Assembly (NCBI GenBank): GCA_963729605.1
Contig: CAVSNY010000007.1
Span: forward strand, 160,001-224,000
DNA from: an uncultured Gammaproteobacteria bacterium
GTDB lineage: Bacteria > Pseudomonadota > Gammaproteobacteria > DRLM01
Length of the DNA: 64,000 nt
Reading direction: 5' to 3'
Positions 39,669-48,715 of the stretch are shown in pieces. The translations under genes and the position numbers were made by a program. Positions within the stretch are counted from its first letter, which is position 1, and each line of letters starts with the position of its first letter. Under the pieces are notes generated by a model. It searched no databases. It was not told where the DNA came from and worked only from the letters and a program-made list of their open reading frames with translations.

Positions 39669-40260
39669 TGCCATCGCATTGGCCATGACCGGCGCGTCGG
39701 GCGCGATTTATGGCCTGCGTCTGCTGGAATGCCTGCTGCGCGCCGAGCAAAAAGTCTATCTCATGCTCTCCATGCCGGCGCAGGTGGTGATCGGCATGGA
39801 GACCGAATTCAAACTTCCCGGCCGTCCGGCCGAAATACAAGAGGCGCTGGCCGCGCGTTATAACGCCAAGCCCGATCAGCTGAGCGTGTTCGGCCGCGAG
39901 CAATGGACCGCGCCGGTGGCCAGCGGCTCCAGCGCCCCGCGCGCCATGGTGATTTGTCCCTGCACCAGCGGCACGCTTTCCGCCATCGCCCAGGGCAGCA
40001 GTGATGATTTATTGGAGCGCGCCGCCGATGTGGTCATCAAGGAACAACGTCAGCTCATCGTGGTGCCGCGCGAGATGCCGCTATCGGTCATCCATCTGGA
40101 AAACATGCTCAAGCTGGCGCGTCTGGGCGTCACCATCATGCCGGCCTGTCCCGGTTTTTATCACGAACCGCGCCGCATCGAAGATTTGGTGGATTTCGTG
40201 GTCGCGCGTATCCTGGATCACCTCAAGATCGAACAAGACCTGGTACCGCCCTGGGGGTGA
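39658..40260 (+). CDS. ubiX: Flavin prenyltransferase
   Basis: [30 protein letters not shown] and PGFY. Confidence 0.94.
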   Translation: MSRDAIALAMTGASGAIYGLRLLECLLRAEQKVYLMLSMPAQVVIGMETEFKLPGRPAEIQEALAARYNAKPDQLSVFGREQWTAPVASGSSAPRAMVICPCTSGTLSAIAQGSSDDLLERAADVVIKEQRQLIVVPREMPLSVIHLENMLKLARLGVTIMPACPGFYHEPRRIEDLVDFVVARILDHLKIEQDLVPPWG

Positions 40261-40263
40261 GCC

Positions 40264-40857
40264 ATGCTGAACCGCCTGCATATCCCGCTTTTTCCGCTCA
40301 ACAGCGTGTTGTTTCCCGGTGGTGTTTTGCCGCTGCGGGTCTTCGAACCCCGTTACATGGACATGGTCAGCGCCTGCATGCGCGAGCAGTCGGGTTTCGG
40401 CGTGTGCCTGATCCTCAGCGGCAAGGAAGTGGGCGAGGCCGCCACCACCTATGACGTGGGCAGCCTGGCCCGCATCATCGACTGGGATCAGCGCGAAGAC
40501 GGCATGCTCGGCATCACCGCCCAAGGCCAGCAACGTTTTCGCATTCTCTCCTCCCACGTGCGCCCCGGCCAATTGCTCTGCGCCGAGGTCGAGCTGCTGG
40601 AGGAACCCGCCGCCGTACCCATCCCCGCGCGCTTCGCCCACGCCGTGCCCTTGCTGCGCGATCTCATCGAGCGCCTCGGCGGTCTGCACGCCGAACAACC
40701 GGCCTCATACGACGACGCCTGCTGGGTGAGCGGCCGCCTCGCCGAACTGCTGCCCATCGGTCTGCCGCAACGACAATACCTGCTGCAATTGGACGACCCC
40801 GTCGAACGCCTGGAGCGTTTGTGCGATATGTGGGATTGCATGCAGGGAGAAGAATAG
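40264..40857 (+). CDS. Lon protease N-terminal (substrate-binding) domain protein
   Basis: PLFPLNSVLFPGGVLPLRVFEPRY, FGVCLI and RLAELLP. Confidence 0.9.
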   Translation: MLNRLHIPLFPLNSVLFPGGVLPLRVFEPRYMDMVSACMREQSGFGVCLILSGKEVGEAATTYDVGSLARIIDWDQREDGMLGITAQGQQRFRILSSHVRPGQLLCAEVELLEEPAAVPIPARFAHAVPLLRDLIERLGGLHAEQPASYDDACWVSGRLAELLPIGLPQRQYLLQLDDPVERLERLCDMWDCMQGEE

Positions 40858-40967
40858 CCACCGTGGCCGGCGTATAAAAACCACCCCTATCCCGTCAAGC
40901 GAGGCGGTGCAACGCACCTCGGCCAGATTAAAATACGTGGAATTCAACCGGCAACCGGGAGGTGCCC

Positions 40968-41552
40968 ATGGAAGCAGCCGCCGTCCAACATGTACCGGCG
41001 ATCATCGAGCAGGCGGCGAAAAGTCCCTTGGGTCTGTTCGCCTTGATGGTGATCGCCCTGTCGGCCTTGGGTTTCGTATTCTTCCGCCGTTCGTCCGAGC
41101 GGACCCGCATCGCGATGTTCGTGATGCTGTTCGTCGGCGTGGTGTCCTTCGGCGTGGCGGCCATGCGCATCACGCCCGGTGTGACGGCCGGCCCGGAGGC
41201 CGCCGCCGTCGCGGTGGCGGACATCGACGGCGAGTGGCGGGCGGAGGTGAAATACGATTGGGGCGATACCCATAACGAAGACTTCGCGTTTAACTACGAC
41301 GGCACCGAGGTGCTGGGCACGGCGTCTTATCTGGGCAAAAAACGCGCGCTGTTCGAGGGTCAGCTCAAAGGCGACCGGATCAGCTTCATCACCAAGAGCC
41401 AGCAAAGCATCAGCAGCGACGATTCCATCCGCGAGGTCGTGCATCATTACACCGGCAAGGTCGCGGGCGATCGTATTCAATTCGTGTTGCGCAGCGCAGG
41501 CGGCTTCACCGAGCATGTCCCGGTGGAATTCACCGCGCTGCGCACGCGATGA
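40968..41552 (+). CDS. Hypothetical membrane-anchored protein
   Basis: RBS GGAGGT; two N-terminal TM helices, then a beta-rich domain (GEWRAEVKYDW...GTASYLG). Confidence 0.75.
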   Translation: MEAAAVQHVPAIIEQAAKSPLGLFALMVIALSALGFVFFRRSSERTRIAMFVMLFVGVVSFGVAAMRITPGVTAGPEAAAVAVADIDGEWRAEVKYDWGDTHNEDFAFNYDGTEVLGTASYLGKKRALFEGQLKGDRISFITKSQQSISSDDSIREVVHHYTGKVAGDRIQFVLRSAGGFTEHVPVEFTALRTR

Positions 41553-41687
41553 GCGCGTAATGGAGATTAAAAGATGCGATAGGCGTCGGGCGGAATTTTC
41601 CACGATGCGCGCATGATAGGCGCGTAGCAGGTCATGGGTTGCGCAAACCGAACTTCGCCCGTCGATATTGAAAAACCTAGCGCAACA

Positions 41688-41833
41688 CTCGCTCTTTCGG
41701 CGGGAGAGTGGAGGGGTGAAGGGGCTCGGATGAGTGGCCTCACTTCGCGAAAGCCCTTTTTCCCATCCTCCCTTACCTCGTCCTGACATCGGCGCCCTCC
41801 TTCGCCAAGCCCCTCTCCCGCGAGAGCAAGAAG
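41688..41833. repeat. Degenerate inverted-repeat element (CCCTC..CCCTCTCCC family)
   Basis: CTCGCTCT..GGGAGAG..GGGGTGAAGGG ... CCCTCC..CCCCTCTCCCGCGAGAG. Confidence 0.5.
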
Positions 41834-42005
41834 TTCGCGCCGGCCGGTAATCCTTATTCCAATTTTGAAATGAGCCTGGTTTCGCCGGGAGGCTATGCTT
41901 ATGGCGTCCAGCGGCGCTATGCTGAGCCTGAGGAAATGCGCGGCATGTTGCTTTTCGCGCAGTGGTCCTGCCTCTGGTCGCTTAAAGGATGAATCGCCGC
42001 CTTTC

Positions 42006-43748
42006 ATGATGCGCCGTCTGCAAGAAATCCGGATTCCCGCGCCGCAATTCGCCGTGGCCTTGCGCGAAAGTTTGGCGCAGGGTTACGGACGCGACGATTT
42101 ACGCGCCGATGCGCTGGCGGGGTTGACGGTGGGCATCGTCGCGATACCGCTGGCCATGGCGCTGGCCATCGCCAGCGGCGTGCCGCCGCAGTATGGTTTG
42201 TACACCTGCATCGTCGCCGGGCTGGTCATCGCGCTCAGCGGCGGTTCGCGGGTGAATGTGTCCGGACCCACCGCCGCCTTCGTGGTGATACTGCTGCCGA
42301 TTACCCACGCCTATGGTGTGGGCGGTTTGGTGGTGGCCTCGTTGATGGCGGGTTTCATCCTGCTCGCCATGGGCTGGTTGCGGCTCGGCGGTTTGGTGCA
42401 TTTCATTCCCCATCCGGTGACCACCGGTTTTACCGCGGGCATCGCGGTGGTCATCGCCAGTTTGCAGATCAAAGATCTGCTCGGTCTCGAGACCGAGGCG
42501 GCGGGCGCGCATTTTTTCGAGCGGCTGCAGGGCATCATCGCCGCTCTGCCGAGTTGGCATCTGGCGGACGCCGGCGTGGGCGCGCTCACCCTCGCGCTCA
42601 TGTTGTGGTGGCCGCGTTGGAAGTTGCGCGTGCCCGCGCACCTGCCGGCGCTGCTGGCGGGCGCATTGTTCGCCGCTTTGTTGGGTTGGTTGTTGCCCGA
42701 ACATCAGGCCGCCACCATCGGCTCGCGTTTTTCCTACAGCATCGACGGCATTTTGCATCACGGCATCCCCGCGCTGCCGCCGCTGCCGGTATGGCCCTGG
42801 GAATTGCCCGGCGCCGACGGTCATGCGGTGGGCTTGTCGTTCGCCATGATTCACGCCTTGATCGCTCCGGCCCTGGCCATCGCCATGCTGGGGGCCATCG
42901 AGTCCTTGCTGTGCGCGGTGGTGGCCGACGGTTTGGCGGGTACCAAGCACGATCCCAACGCCGAACTCGTCGGCCAGGGTTTGGGCAACATCATCGCGCC
43001 TTTCTTCGGCGGCTTCGCCGCCACCGCCGCCATCGCCCGCACCGCCGCCAACGTCCGCGCCGGCGCGCGCAGTCCTATCGCCGCCGCCGTGCACGCGTTG
43101 GTGGTCTTGCTCGCGGTAATCGGTTTCGCGGGCTTGCTGGCCTATGTGCCCATGGCTTCGCTCGCGGCGCTGCTGCTCATCGTCGCCTGGAATATGAGCG
43201 AGGTGAAACACGTCATCAACACGTTGAAGATCGCCCCGGCCAGCGACGTGGCGGTGCTGCTGGTGTGTTTCTTCCTCACCGTGGTATTCGACATGGTGGT
43301 GGCGGTGGGCGTGGGTGTGGTGCTGGCGGCCCTGCTGTTCATGCGCCGTATGGCGGAACTCACCGGTACGGAAGTGGTGACGCCGCGCGAGCATCCCCAC
43401 CTCGCCGACCTGCCGCCGCAGGTGGCGGTGTACGACATCAACGGCCCGTTATTTTTCGGCGCGGCGGAAAAGGCGCTGGACAACCTGCGACAAGTCAGCC
43501 CCGAGGTGCGGGTGGTGATCATCGACATGAGCGACGTGACCATGATAGACATGACCGCGCTGGTGGCCTTCGATTCGCTGGTGAAAAACATGCGCAAGAA
43601 AAAAGTCGCGCTGGTGATTTGCGGCCTGCGCCCGCGCCTCGTCACCAAGCTGGCCAACACGGGTATCCGTTCGGAGGAGGGTGTGTTGCGTATTTGCGAT
43701 ACGCTTACGCAGGCTCGCGTGGTGGCATTGGAGTTGGCGAAAGAGTAG
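42006..43748 (+). CDS. dauA: SulP/SLC26 anion transporter with STAS domain (DauA-like)
   Basis: AGLTVGIVAIPLAMALA, GVPPQYGLY, SGPTAAFVV, ESLLCAVVAD and GPLFFGAA. Confidence 0.85.
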   Translation: MMRRLQEIRIPAPQFAVALRESLAQGYGRDDLRADALAGLTVGIVAIPLAMALAIASGVPPQYGLYTCIVAGLVIALSGGSRVNVSGPTAAFVVILLPITHAYGVGGLVVASLMAGFILLAMGWLRLGGLVHFIPHPVTTGFTAGIAVVIASLQIKDLLGLETEAAGAHFFERLQGIIAALPSWHLADAGVGALTLALMLWWPRWKLRVPAHLPALLAGALFAALLGWLLPEHQAATIGSRFSYSIDGILHHGIPALPPLPVWPWELPGADGHAVGLSFAMIHALIAPALAIAMLGAIESLLCAVVADGLAGTKHDPNAELVGQGLGNIIAPFFGGFAATAAIARTAANVRAGARSPIAAAVHALVVLLAVIGFAGLLAYVPMASLAALLLIVAWNMSEVKHVINTLKIAPASDVAVLLVCFFLTVVFDMVVAVGVGVVLAALLFMRRMAELTGTEVVTPREHPHLADLPPQVAVYDINGPLFFGAAEKALDNLRQVSPEVRVVIIDMSDVTMIDMTALVAFDSLVKNMRKKKVALVICGLRPRLVTKLANTGIRSEEGVLRICDTLTQARVVALELAKE

Positions 43749-43766
43749 GCGGCGCGGAATGGAAAT

Positions 43767-44068
43767 GTAGCCTGGGTGGAGCGCCGTTCGCGAATCCCGG
43801 CTTGTCACGCAACGGCACCGGCTTCATTCATCGCGCCGTTCTTTCATCGCCGCCTTCCCGCCTACTCCATCGGATAAACCCTGCGTGCACCGATCCACGC
43901 CGCATTCGACCACTCACCGCGGATCACGGTTGAGCGGCGTTACGATGAAGAAGTGACGCGCGCCGGGGATAAGCGCGCCGACAATCATCCTGCCGTTCAT
44001 CAATCCGCCTTTCACGTTTTGTCGAGCTGGATGTCCCGGTTTCGCGAACGGCTCTCAGCCCAGGCTAG
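43767..44068. mobile_element. Inverted GTAG REP pair enclosing a probable RAYT transposase relic
   Basis: GTAGCCTGGGTGGAGCGCCGTTCGCGAATCCCGG and its inverted copy CCCGGTTTCGCGAACGGCTCTCAGCCCAGGCTAG; the minus-strand interior translates to RAYT-like fragments. Confidence 0.6.
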
Positions 44069-44094
44069 GTTTGTTTCGTCAGGGCCGATCATGG

Positions 44095-45135
44095 TCATGG
44101 CTCCGCGCCGGACCGGAGCGGATAGCCCGCTCCGCGCCACGCCTTCATGCCGCCGTCCAAGGCCACGGCGCGCTGGAATCCCAGTTCGCGCAGCGTTGCG
44201 GCGGCCAGTGTCGAAATCCGGCCGAACTCACAATACGCGAGGATGCGGCGAGTCGGGTCGGGCAAGTCATCGTTGACGCGCAGCTCGAGTTGGCCGCGTG
44301 GCAGCAGCCGCGCACCCGGGATGTGTCCCTGCTCGTAGGCGTCACGTTCGCGCACGTCCAGGACGATGAGATTTTCCTCCGCGGCATCGATGCGCGTTTT
44401 GAGGTCGGCCAGCGACATGAACGGCACCACGGCGGCGGCTTCCGCGAGCAATTGCGCGACGGTCTTCCCTCCGCTCATGTTGCTGCGCAACGCCTCGGTG
44501 ATGTGTGTCGGCATGTTCAGGCTCAGATTGCGCATCATGGCGACGAACGCGGCGCGGTCGCGCATCTGAAGGCGCGGATTCTCGGCGAGTTCACGCGCGA
44601 TCGTCGAGTAGTCCCCGCCCTGGTAGATATGCGCCGGATGCACTTTGGTCGCCGGGTCCAGCCGCAGGATGCCCTGGAATAGACTGTCGTAAAGCGCCTC
44701 GGGATCGCCGGTGGGCAGGTCGGTGCGGCCGGTGGCGCCGATGAGTAAGGTATCGCCGGTGAAGAGCCGGTCTTCCACATGCAGACACATCGAATCGCGC
44801 GTATGGCCCGGCGTGTGTATCGCCCGCAGCCGCAGGTGGCCGACGAGAAGCATGTCGCCGTCGTCCAGACGCATATCCACGAATGGCGCCGGACTTTCGC
44901 GATGCATCACGACGGGTACGCCGAGTTGCCGCGCCAGTTGCCGTGTCCCGGAAAAGTGATCGGCGTGCGTATGGGTATCAATCAGGTAACGGATGCGCAA
45001 CCCGTCGCGCGCAGCGATGCCAAGATAGCGGTCGAGCTGACTGATCTCAGGATCGATGATTACGGCCGCGTAGGTCTCGCCGCAGCCGACGAGATACGAT
45101 TGGCAACCACCGCTAGCAATCCGCTCATGGATCAT
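44095..45135 (-). CDS. MBL-fold persulfide dioxygenase-like protein fused to a rhodanese domain
   Basis: THTHADHFSG, HTPGHT, FTGDTLLI and GRTDL; rhodanese DVRE, GHIPGA, YCEFGRIS and LDGGMKAW. Confidence 0.9.
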   Translation of the reverse strand: MIHERIASGGCQSYLVGCGETYAAVIIDPEISQLDRYLGIAARDGLRIRYLIDTHTHADHFSGTRQLARQLGVPVVMHRESPAPFVDMRLDDGDMLLVGHLRLRAIHTPGHTRDSMCLHVEDRLFTGDTLLIGATGRTDLPTGDPEALYDSLFQGILRLDPATKVHPAHIYQGGDYSTIARELAENPRLQMRDRAAFVAMMRNLSLNMPTHITEALRSNMSGGKTVAQLLAEAAAVVPFMSLADLKTRIDAAEENLIVLDVRERDAYEQGHIPGARLLPRGQLELRVNDDLPDPTRRILAYCEFGRISTLAAATLRELGFQRAVALDGGMKAWRGAGYPLRSGAEP

Positions 45136-45268
45136 AGTGAGTCTCCTGAGGTACCCCGCGCCAAGTAGACGATATCGGGGCCTTATAACACCGCTTTTGG
45201 CGCCTAAGCAAAGTCTTTATCGGAAATGGAGTTCTCGGTCATGTGTCTTGTGACGCCCGGCGATCGGG

Positions 45269-45721
45269 TCATGCCCCGCGTTGATTCGCGACACGGCAGT
45301 AGGCCTCTTTGCCAAGCTTGGCCACACCGTAGAGACACACTGCGACGAACCCGCTAATCAGCGTGGCCGGCGCGCCGATGCTGGCCCCCATGAACGTAGC
45401 GATGACGCCGACGAGGGCGGTTGTACCTTGTCCATCGAGCGCGGCAAGTCGCTTCCACAGTTCCTGGTAGCGGTTGTCGTTCGTGCACAGGAACAGGTGC
45501 ATTTCGGTCTTAACGGCCTCCCAATAGGTTTTGTCAGGGCGACGATCCTCGCCGTGCGGGTCATGTGCTGAAGCCTGCGGCGACACCGGCCCGCCGCGGT
45601 ACATGAACGCCGCAACTTCATTTTCAGTTTCGACGATACCGAGTTTCCACGCGATGAGGGGCGGAGCCGCGGCCGTCAGTTCAAGAAGGTCGATCTCGGA
45701 CAACAGCGACTGGGTATTCAT
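45269..45721 (-). CDS. Hypothetical protein (probable integron cassette ORF)
   Basis: AAGGAG RBS a few bases after a core-site-like GCTATGC; the stop codon sits inside GCATGAC. Confidence 0.7.
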   Translation of the reverse strand: MNTQSLLSEIDLLELTAAAPPLIAWKLGIVETENEVAAFMYRGGPVSPQASAHDPHGEDRRPDKTYWEAVKTEMHLFLCTNDNRYQELWKRLAALDGQGTTALVGVIATFMGASIGAPATLISGFVAVCLYGVAKLGKEAYCRVANQRGA

Positions 45722-45735
45722 GTTGGTCTCCTTGG

Positions 45736-45799
45736 GCATAGCCTTTAAGGTAAGAGGCGCGCCGCTGGCGGCGCGTCCCGCTTGACCGCAATGTCGGGC
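45736..45799 (-). mobile_element. Degenerate integron attC site
   Basis: Minus strand GCCCGAC-ATTGCGGTCAAGCGGGACGCGCCGCCAGCGGCGCGCCTCTTACCTTAAAG-GCTATGC; 64 bp, with R''/R'-like boxes and a central palindrome. Confidence 0.75.
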
Positions 45800-46266
45800 A
45801 TGAAAGTGGACTGTATGGCGGCAACATCTGGAATTGCCTTTGCCTGCCAGCGGACTATGCGAACGCCGGCAGAAACCAAGGCTTGGTCTTTTTTTGCGTC
45901 GGCAACCTGACGGTCTTTCCTTTGGTGCGTGGCGTCGTCAAGTTCAATGACAGCGACTATGCTCGAATCCTTGTTGCACACCACGAAATCAGCGCTCATA
46001 CGGTTGATGCGGTTAGACCAAGCCTGATAGTTGTTGCCTTTCTTGATCCCGAGCAATCTAGAAAGCTGAACTTGGGCGAGAATTATATGTTCAGGCAAGG
46101 CTTCGACAAGCCGGAAGTAGAGGACTTGCTCGGGCTGGGACAGTGGTTTCTTAGCATAGAAAGGCCAAGCTTCATCACCGGCGCCGCCCTGAGATTTGGT
46201 TTTCAGGACGTAAAAAATAGCTACTACGGCGACGGCGACAATCAACAGCAGCAGGATCGAACCCAT
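45745..46266 (-). CDS. DUF2726-like protein (probable cassette ORF)
   Basis: N-terminal TM, KPLSQPEQVLY, LAQVQLSRLL, DFVVC, IELDDATH and D..KD..L..AG.RIVRW; the C-terminus reads through attC. Confidence 0.88.
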   Translation of the reverse strand: MGSILLLLIVAVAVVAIFYVLKTKSQGGAGDEAWPFYAKKPLSQPEQVLYFRLVEALPEHIILAQVQLSRLLGIKKGNNYQAWSNRINRMSADFVVCNKDSSIVAVIELDDATHQRKDRQVADAKKDQALVSAGVRIVRWQAKAIPDVAAIQSTFMPDIAVKRDAPPAARLLP

Positions 46267-46400
46267 TTATTGTTTCCTCTTGGTGAGCCTATGCCTGACT
46301 TGAGGCGTTATAACAATCACCTTTGGTATATTAAACCCGCTGCCGGCGCCATAACACTCTACTTTAATTTGAGGCTCGCGAGAAAAAACCGCCACCCGTC

Positions 46401-46674
46401 CTACAGCATCGAGATCACCATCATCACCGCCACAGCGCCGCGACGCTCTACCAACACGGCCGCCGCCGCGCATCTTTGACGAGCTTGATGCGAGGATGGA
46501 TTTCCGGATGCCGTGATCGGCCACGTGTTCGGCGGCGGCGTTGGTGAGTTCGGCGGCGATCACCCGCGCCAGCAATAACAGCGCCGCCCTTTCGATGGGG
46601 CCGCGCGGACCGGCTTCGCCGCGCGGCTCGGTTCAGGCGAAGCCGTGACCTGGCGCGAAGGCGCGGTTTTTCAT
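46401..46674 (-). pseudogene. dgkA: Diacylglycerol/undecaprenol kinase (DgkA family) pseudogene
   Basis: MKNRAF..GFA* then ALLLL..IAAELTNAAAEHVADH / HPEIHPRIKLVKD / AAAAVLV in shifting frames; starts immediately after the LssY-like stop. Confidence 0.75.
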
Positions 46675-46675
46675 A

Positions 46676-48679
46676 TCAGGATGGTCCGGCGCGGGACGGG
46701 GCGCGGATCAATAACAACGTGCCGTCCCAGTCGGTGTTCAATTCATCGCTGTGATGTACGGCCCGCCACGGCAGATCGCCGAGGCTGGTTTCGAGCAGGT
46801 TCAGCGGCGTGTTGAATTCATCGCCGGTGAGTGGCATGGTGAACAAGGGCAACGGGCGCGCGGCGCGCAGGGTGGTGACCGTGCCGACCCATAACGGATT
46901 GGACGGTTGTTGCAGGACGAAGTCCGATCGCCAGAGACGCAGCACTACCCATTGCCCGTCGGCGGTGCCGCGCACCAGGCGCAAGGCGTCGTGACGGCCG
47001 TCGTGTACCTGCGGCAGCAGCGGCAGTTCCGCCAGCGAGGGCGAGGGCAGCAGCCAATGCAGCAGGGCGGTGGAGGTCAAGGCCGGCGGGTCTTGCCAGC
47101 CTTGGGTTTTGAGCTGGGCGGCGAGGATGTCCAGGGGGCCGGCCCATTGCACCGACAGCGGCTGTTTGGCATGCCCTTCGACATCGATGCGGTAAGCGGG
47201 CAGTGTGCGCCAGGCGTCGCTCCACCAGTGGGCGGTGTCGAAAATTTCGATGTTATGCCGTAGCGTGTGGCGAACCAGATCCTGCTGGTAATGGCTGCTC
47301 ATATAGGCGGTAGCGGAGATCAGCAGCGCGGTGAAGGTGATGAGGATGAGATGGCGCGGCGGCACCGGCACGGGGCTGTGGCGCCGGTAAGCGGCCCCCA
47401 GCACGACGACCCATAACAAGGCCAGCAGCCAGCCCGCGACGGCATTCGAAACCCAGGTCAGGCCGAGATAGAGCTGGGCGAAGATCAGCGACACCATGAA
47501 CAGGCCGGTGACGCCATACGGCAGCCAGCGCCACGGACCGCGCATGCCGTGGGCGACCATCACCGCGAGCAAACCGTAGAGCACGCTGTTGATCACAATG
47601 CCGCCGCCGGTGCCGACCGTTACGTCGCCCGGGGGGGGCGCCATGCTCCAGCCCAGCGACAAAGTCAGGATCAAGGCGAAGGCCACGGCGCCGGCGACGT
47701 GCAGCACGGCCAGCCAGCGGTGGCGCCATGCCAGCCAGATCATCACCGCCGCGGTGACCGGCAAGGTGACCGGGCTATCACTGAGTTCGGCCAGAAAGAC
47801 CATGATCCGGTCGGCCCAGGGGACGCGCAGTCCCTGCATGAAATTGAAGACCGTGATGTCGGCGGCGATCAAATGCGTATCGAAGAGGCCGCGTCCCACG
47901 GTGATCAGCCCCACCGCCAGCGACACCAGCAGGCCGGCCAGCACCGCCAGGCCGCGCCATTCGGGTTGTTCGGGGTCGAGCACCGACGACACCAGCTTGC
48001 CCGCGTAGCGATGTTCGTCGCCCCAGGCCAGCAAGCGGTCCATGATGACGCTGGCGCGCGGCGCCAGCAGCCGGTAAATGCGGTAGACCAGCCAGACCGT
48101 GAGCCACAAACTCAATAACACCGTGAGCAACAGCATCGCCAACCGCGAGGCGACCTCCGAAGCCAGATTGAGCGACGCGCCGAACACCACGCCGGGCAGG
48201 ATATAGGCCGGTGCCCAGGCCAGCGCCGAGATGACGTTCACCAGCAGAAAGCGCGCGGGCGGCATGCCGAGCATGCCCGCCACCACCGGGATCACCGGCC
48301 GCACCGGCCCGACGAAGCGGCCGAAGATGACGCTTTTACCGCCGTGGCGCTGAAAAAAGCGCTCGCCGCGGGCTAGCAAGGCGGGATAACGGCGGAACGG
48401 CCAGCGTTCCCGCAAGGCGTCTTTGTAGTGATAACCCAGCCAGTAACTGAGACCGTCGCCGACGATGGCCCCGGCCACGGCCCAGGCCAGGGTGGCCCAC
48501 AGGTCGAGGGCGCCCGTCGCGATTAAGGCGCCGATGCCGAACATCACCGCCACGCCGGGTATGAACAGGCCGACGATCGCCAGCGATTCGCTGAGGGAGA
48601 TGACGAACACCGCCAGCCCGGCCCAGGTCGGGTTGGCGCTGATCCAGTCGATCATGGGTTTGAGTGTCGCGAGGTCCAT
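46676..48679 (-). CDS. DedA/VTT + PAP2-like + LssY C-terminal membrane protein
   Basis: ESLAIVGLFIPG, GDGLSYWLG and FGRFVGPVRP (DedA); PAP2-like TM block; PLSVQWAG and LPQVHDGR C-terminal domain. Confidence 0.87.
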   Translation of the reverse strand: MDLATLKPMIDWISANPTWAGLAVFVISLSESLAIVGLFIPGVAVMFGIGALIATGALDLWATLAWAVAGAIVGDGLSYWLGYHYKDALRERWPFRRYPALLARGERFFQRHGGKSVIFGRFVGPVRPVIPVVAGMLGMPPARFLLVNVISALAWAPAYILPGVVFGASLNLASEVASRLAMLLLTVLLSLWLTVWLVYRIYRLLAPRASVIMDRLLAWGDEHRYAGKLVSSVLDPEQPEWRGLAVLAGLLVSLAVGLITVGRGLFDTHLIAADITVFNFMQGLRVPWADRIMVFLAELSDSPVTLPVTAAVMIWLAWRHRWLAVLHVAGAVAFALILTLSLGWSMAPPPGDVTVGTGGGIVINSVLYGLLAVMVAHGMRGPWRWLPYGVTGLFMVSLIFAQLYLGLTWVSNAVAGWLLALLWVVVLGAAYRRHSPVPVPPRHLILITFTALLISATAYMSSHYQQDLVRHTLRHNIEIFDTAHWWSDAWRTLPAYRIDVEGHAKQPLSVQWAGPLDILAAQLKTQGWQDPPALTSTALLHWLLPSPSLAELPLLPQVHDGRHDALRLVRGTADGQWVVLRLWRSDFVLQQPSNPLWVGTVTTLRAARPLPLFTMPLTGDEFNTPLNLLETSLGDLPWRAVHHSDELNTDWDGTLLLIRAPSRAGPS

Positions 48680-48715
48680 CTGCTCCCGATTATAACGGCG
48701 TTAACTTCGCGCGCC

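Noticed and set aside
45136-45267. Third cassette boundary upstream of the MBL-rhodanese gene (minus-strand GTTATAA / GCTTAGGC)
   Set aside because: No palindromic attC body and no matching inverse core at the gene's 3' end
46267-46575. 102-aa ORF as an independent gene
   Set aside because: Its N-terminal part is one frame of the dgkA pseudogene; the remainder looks non-coding
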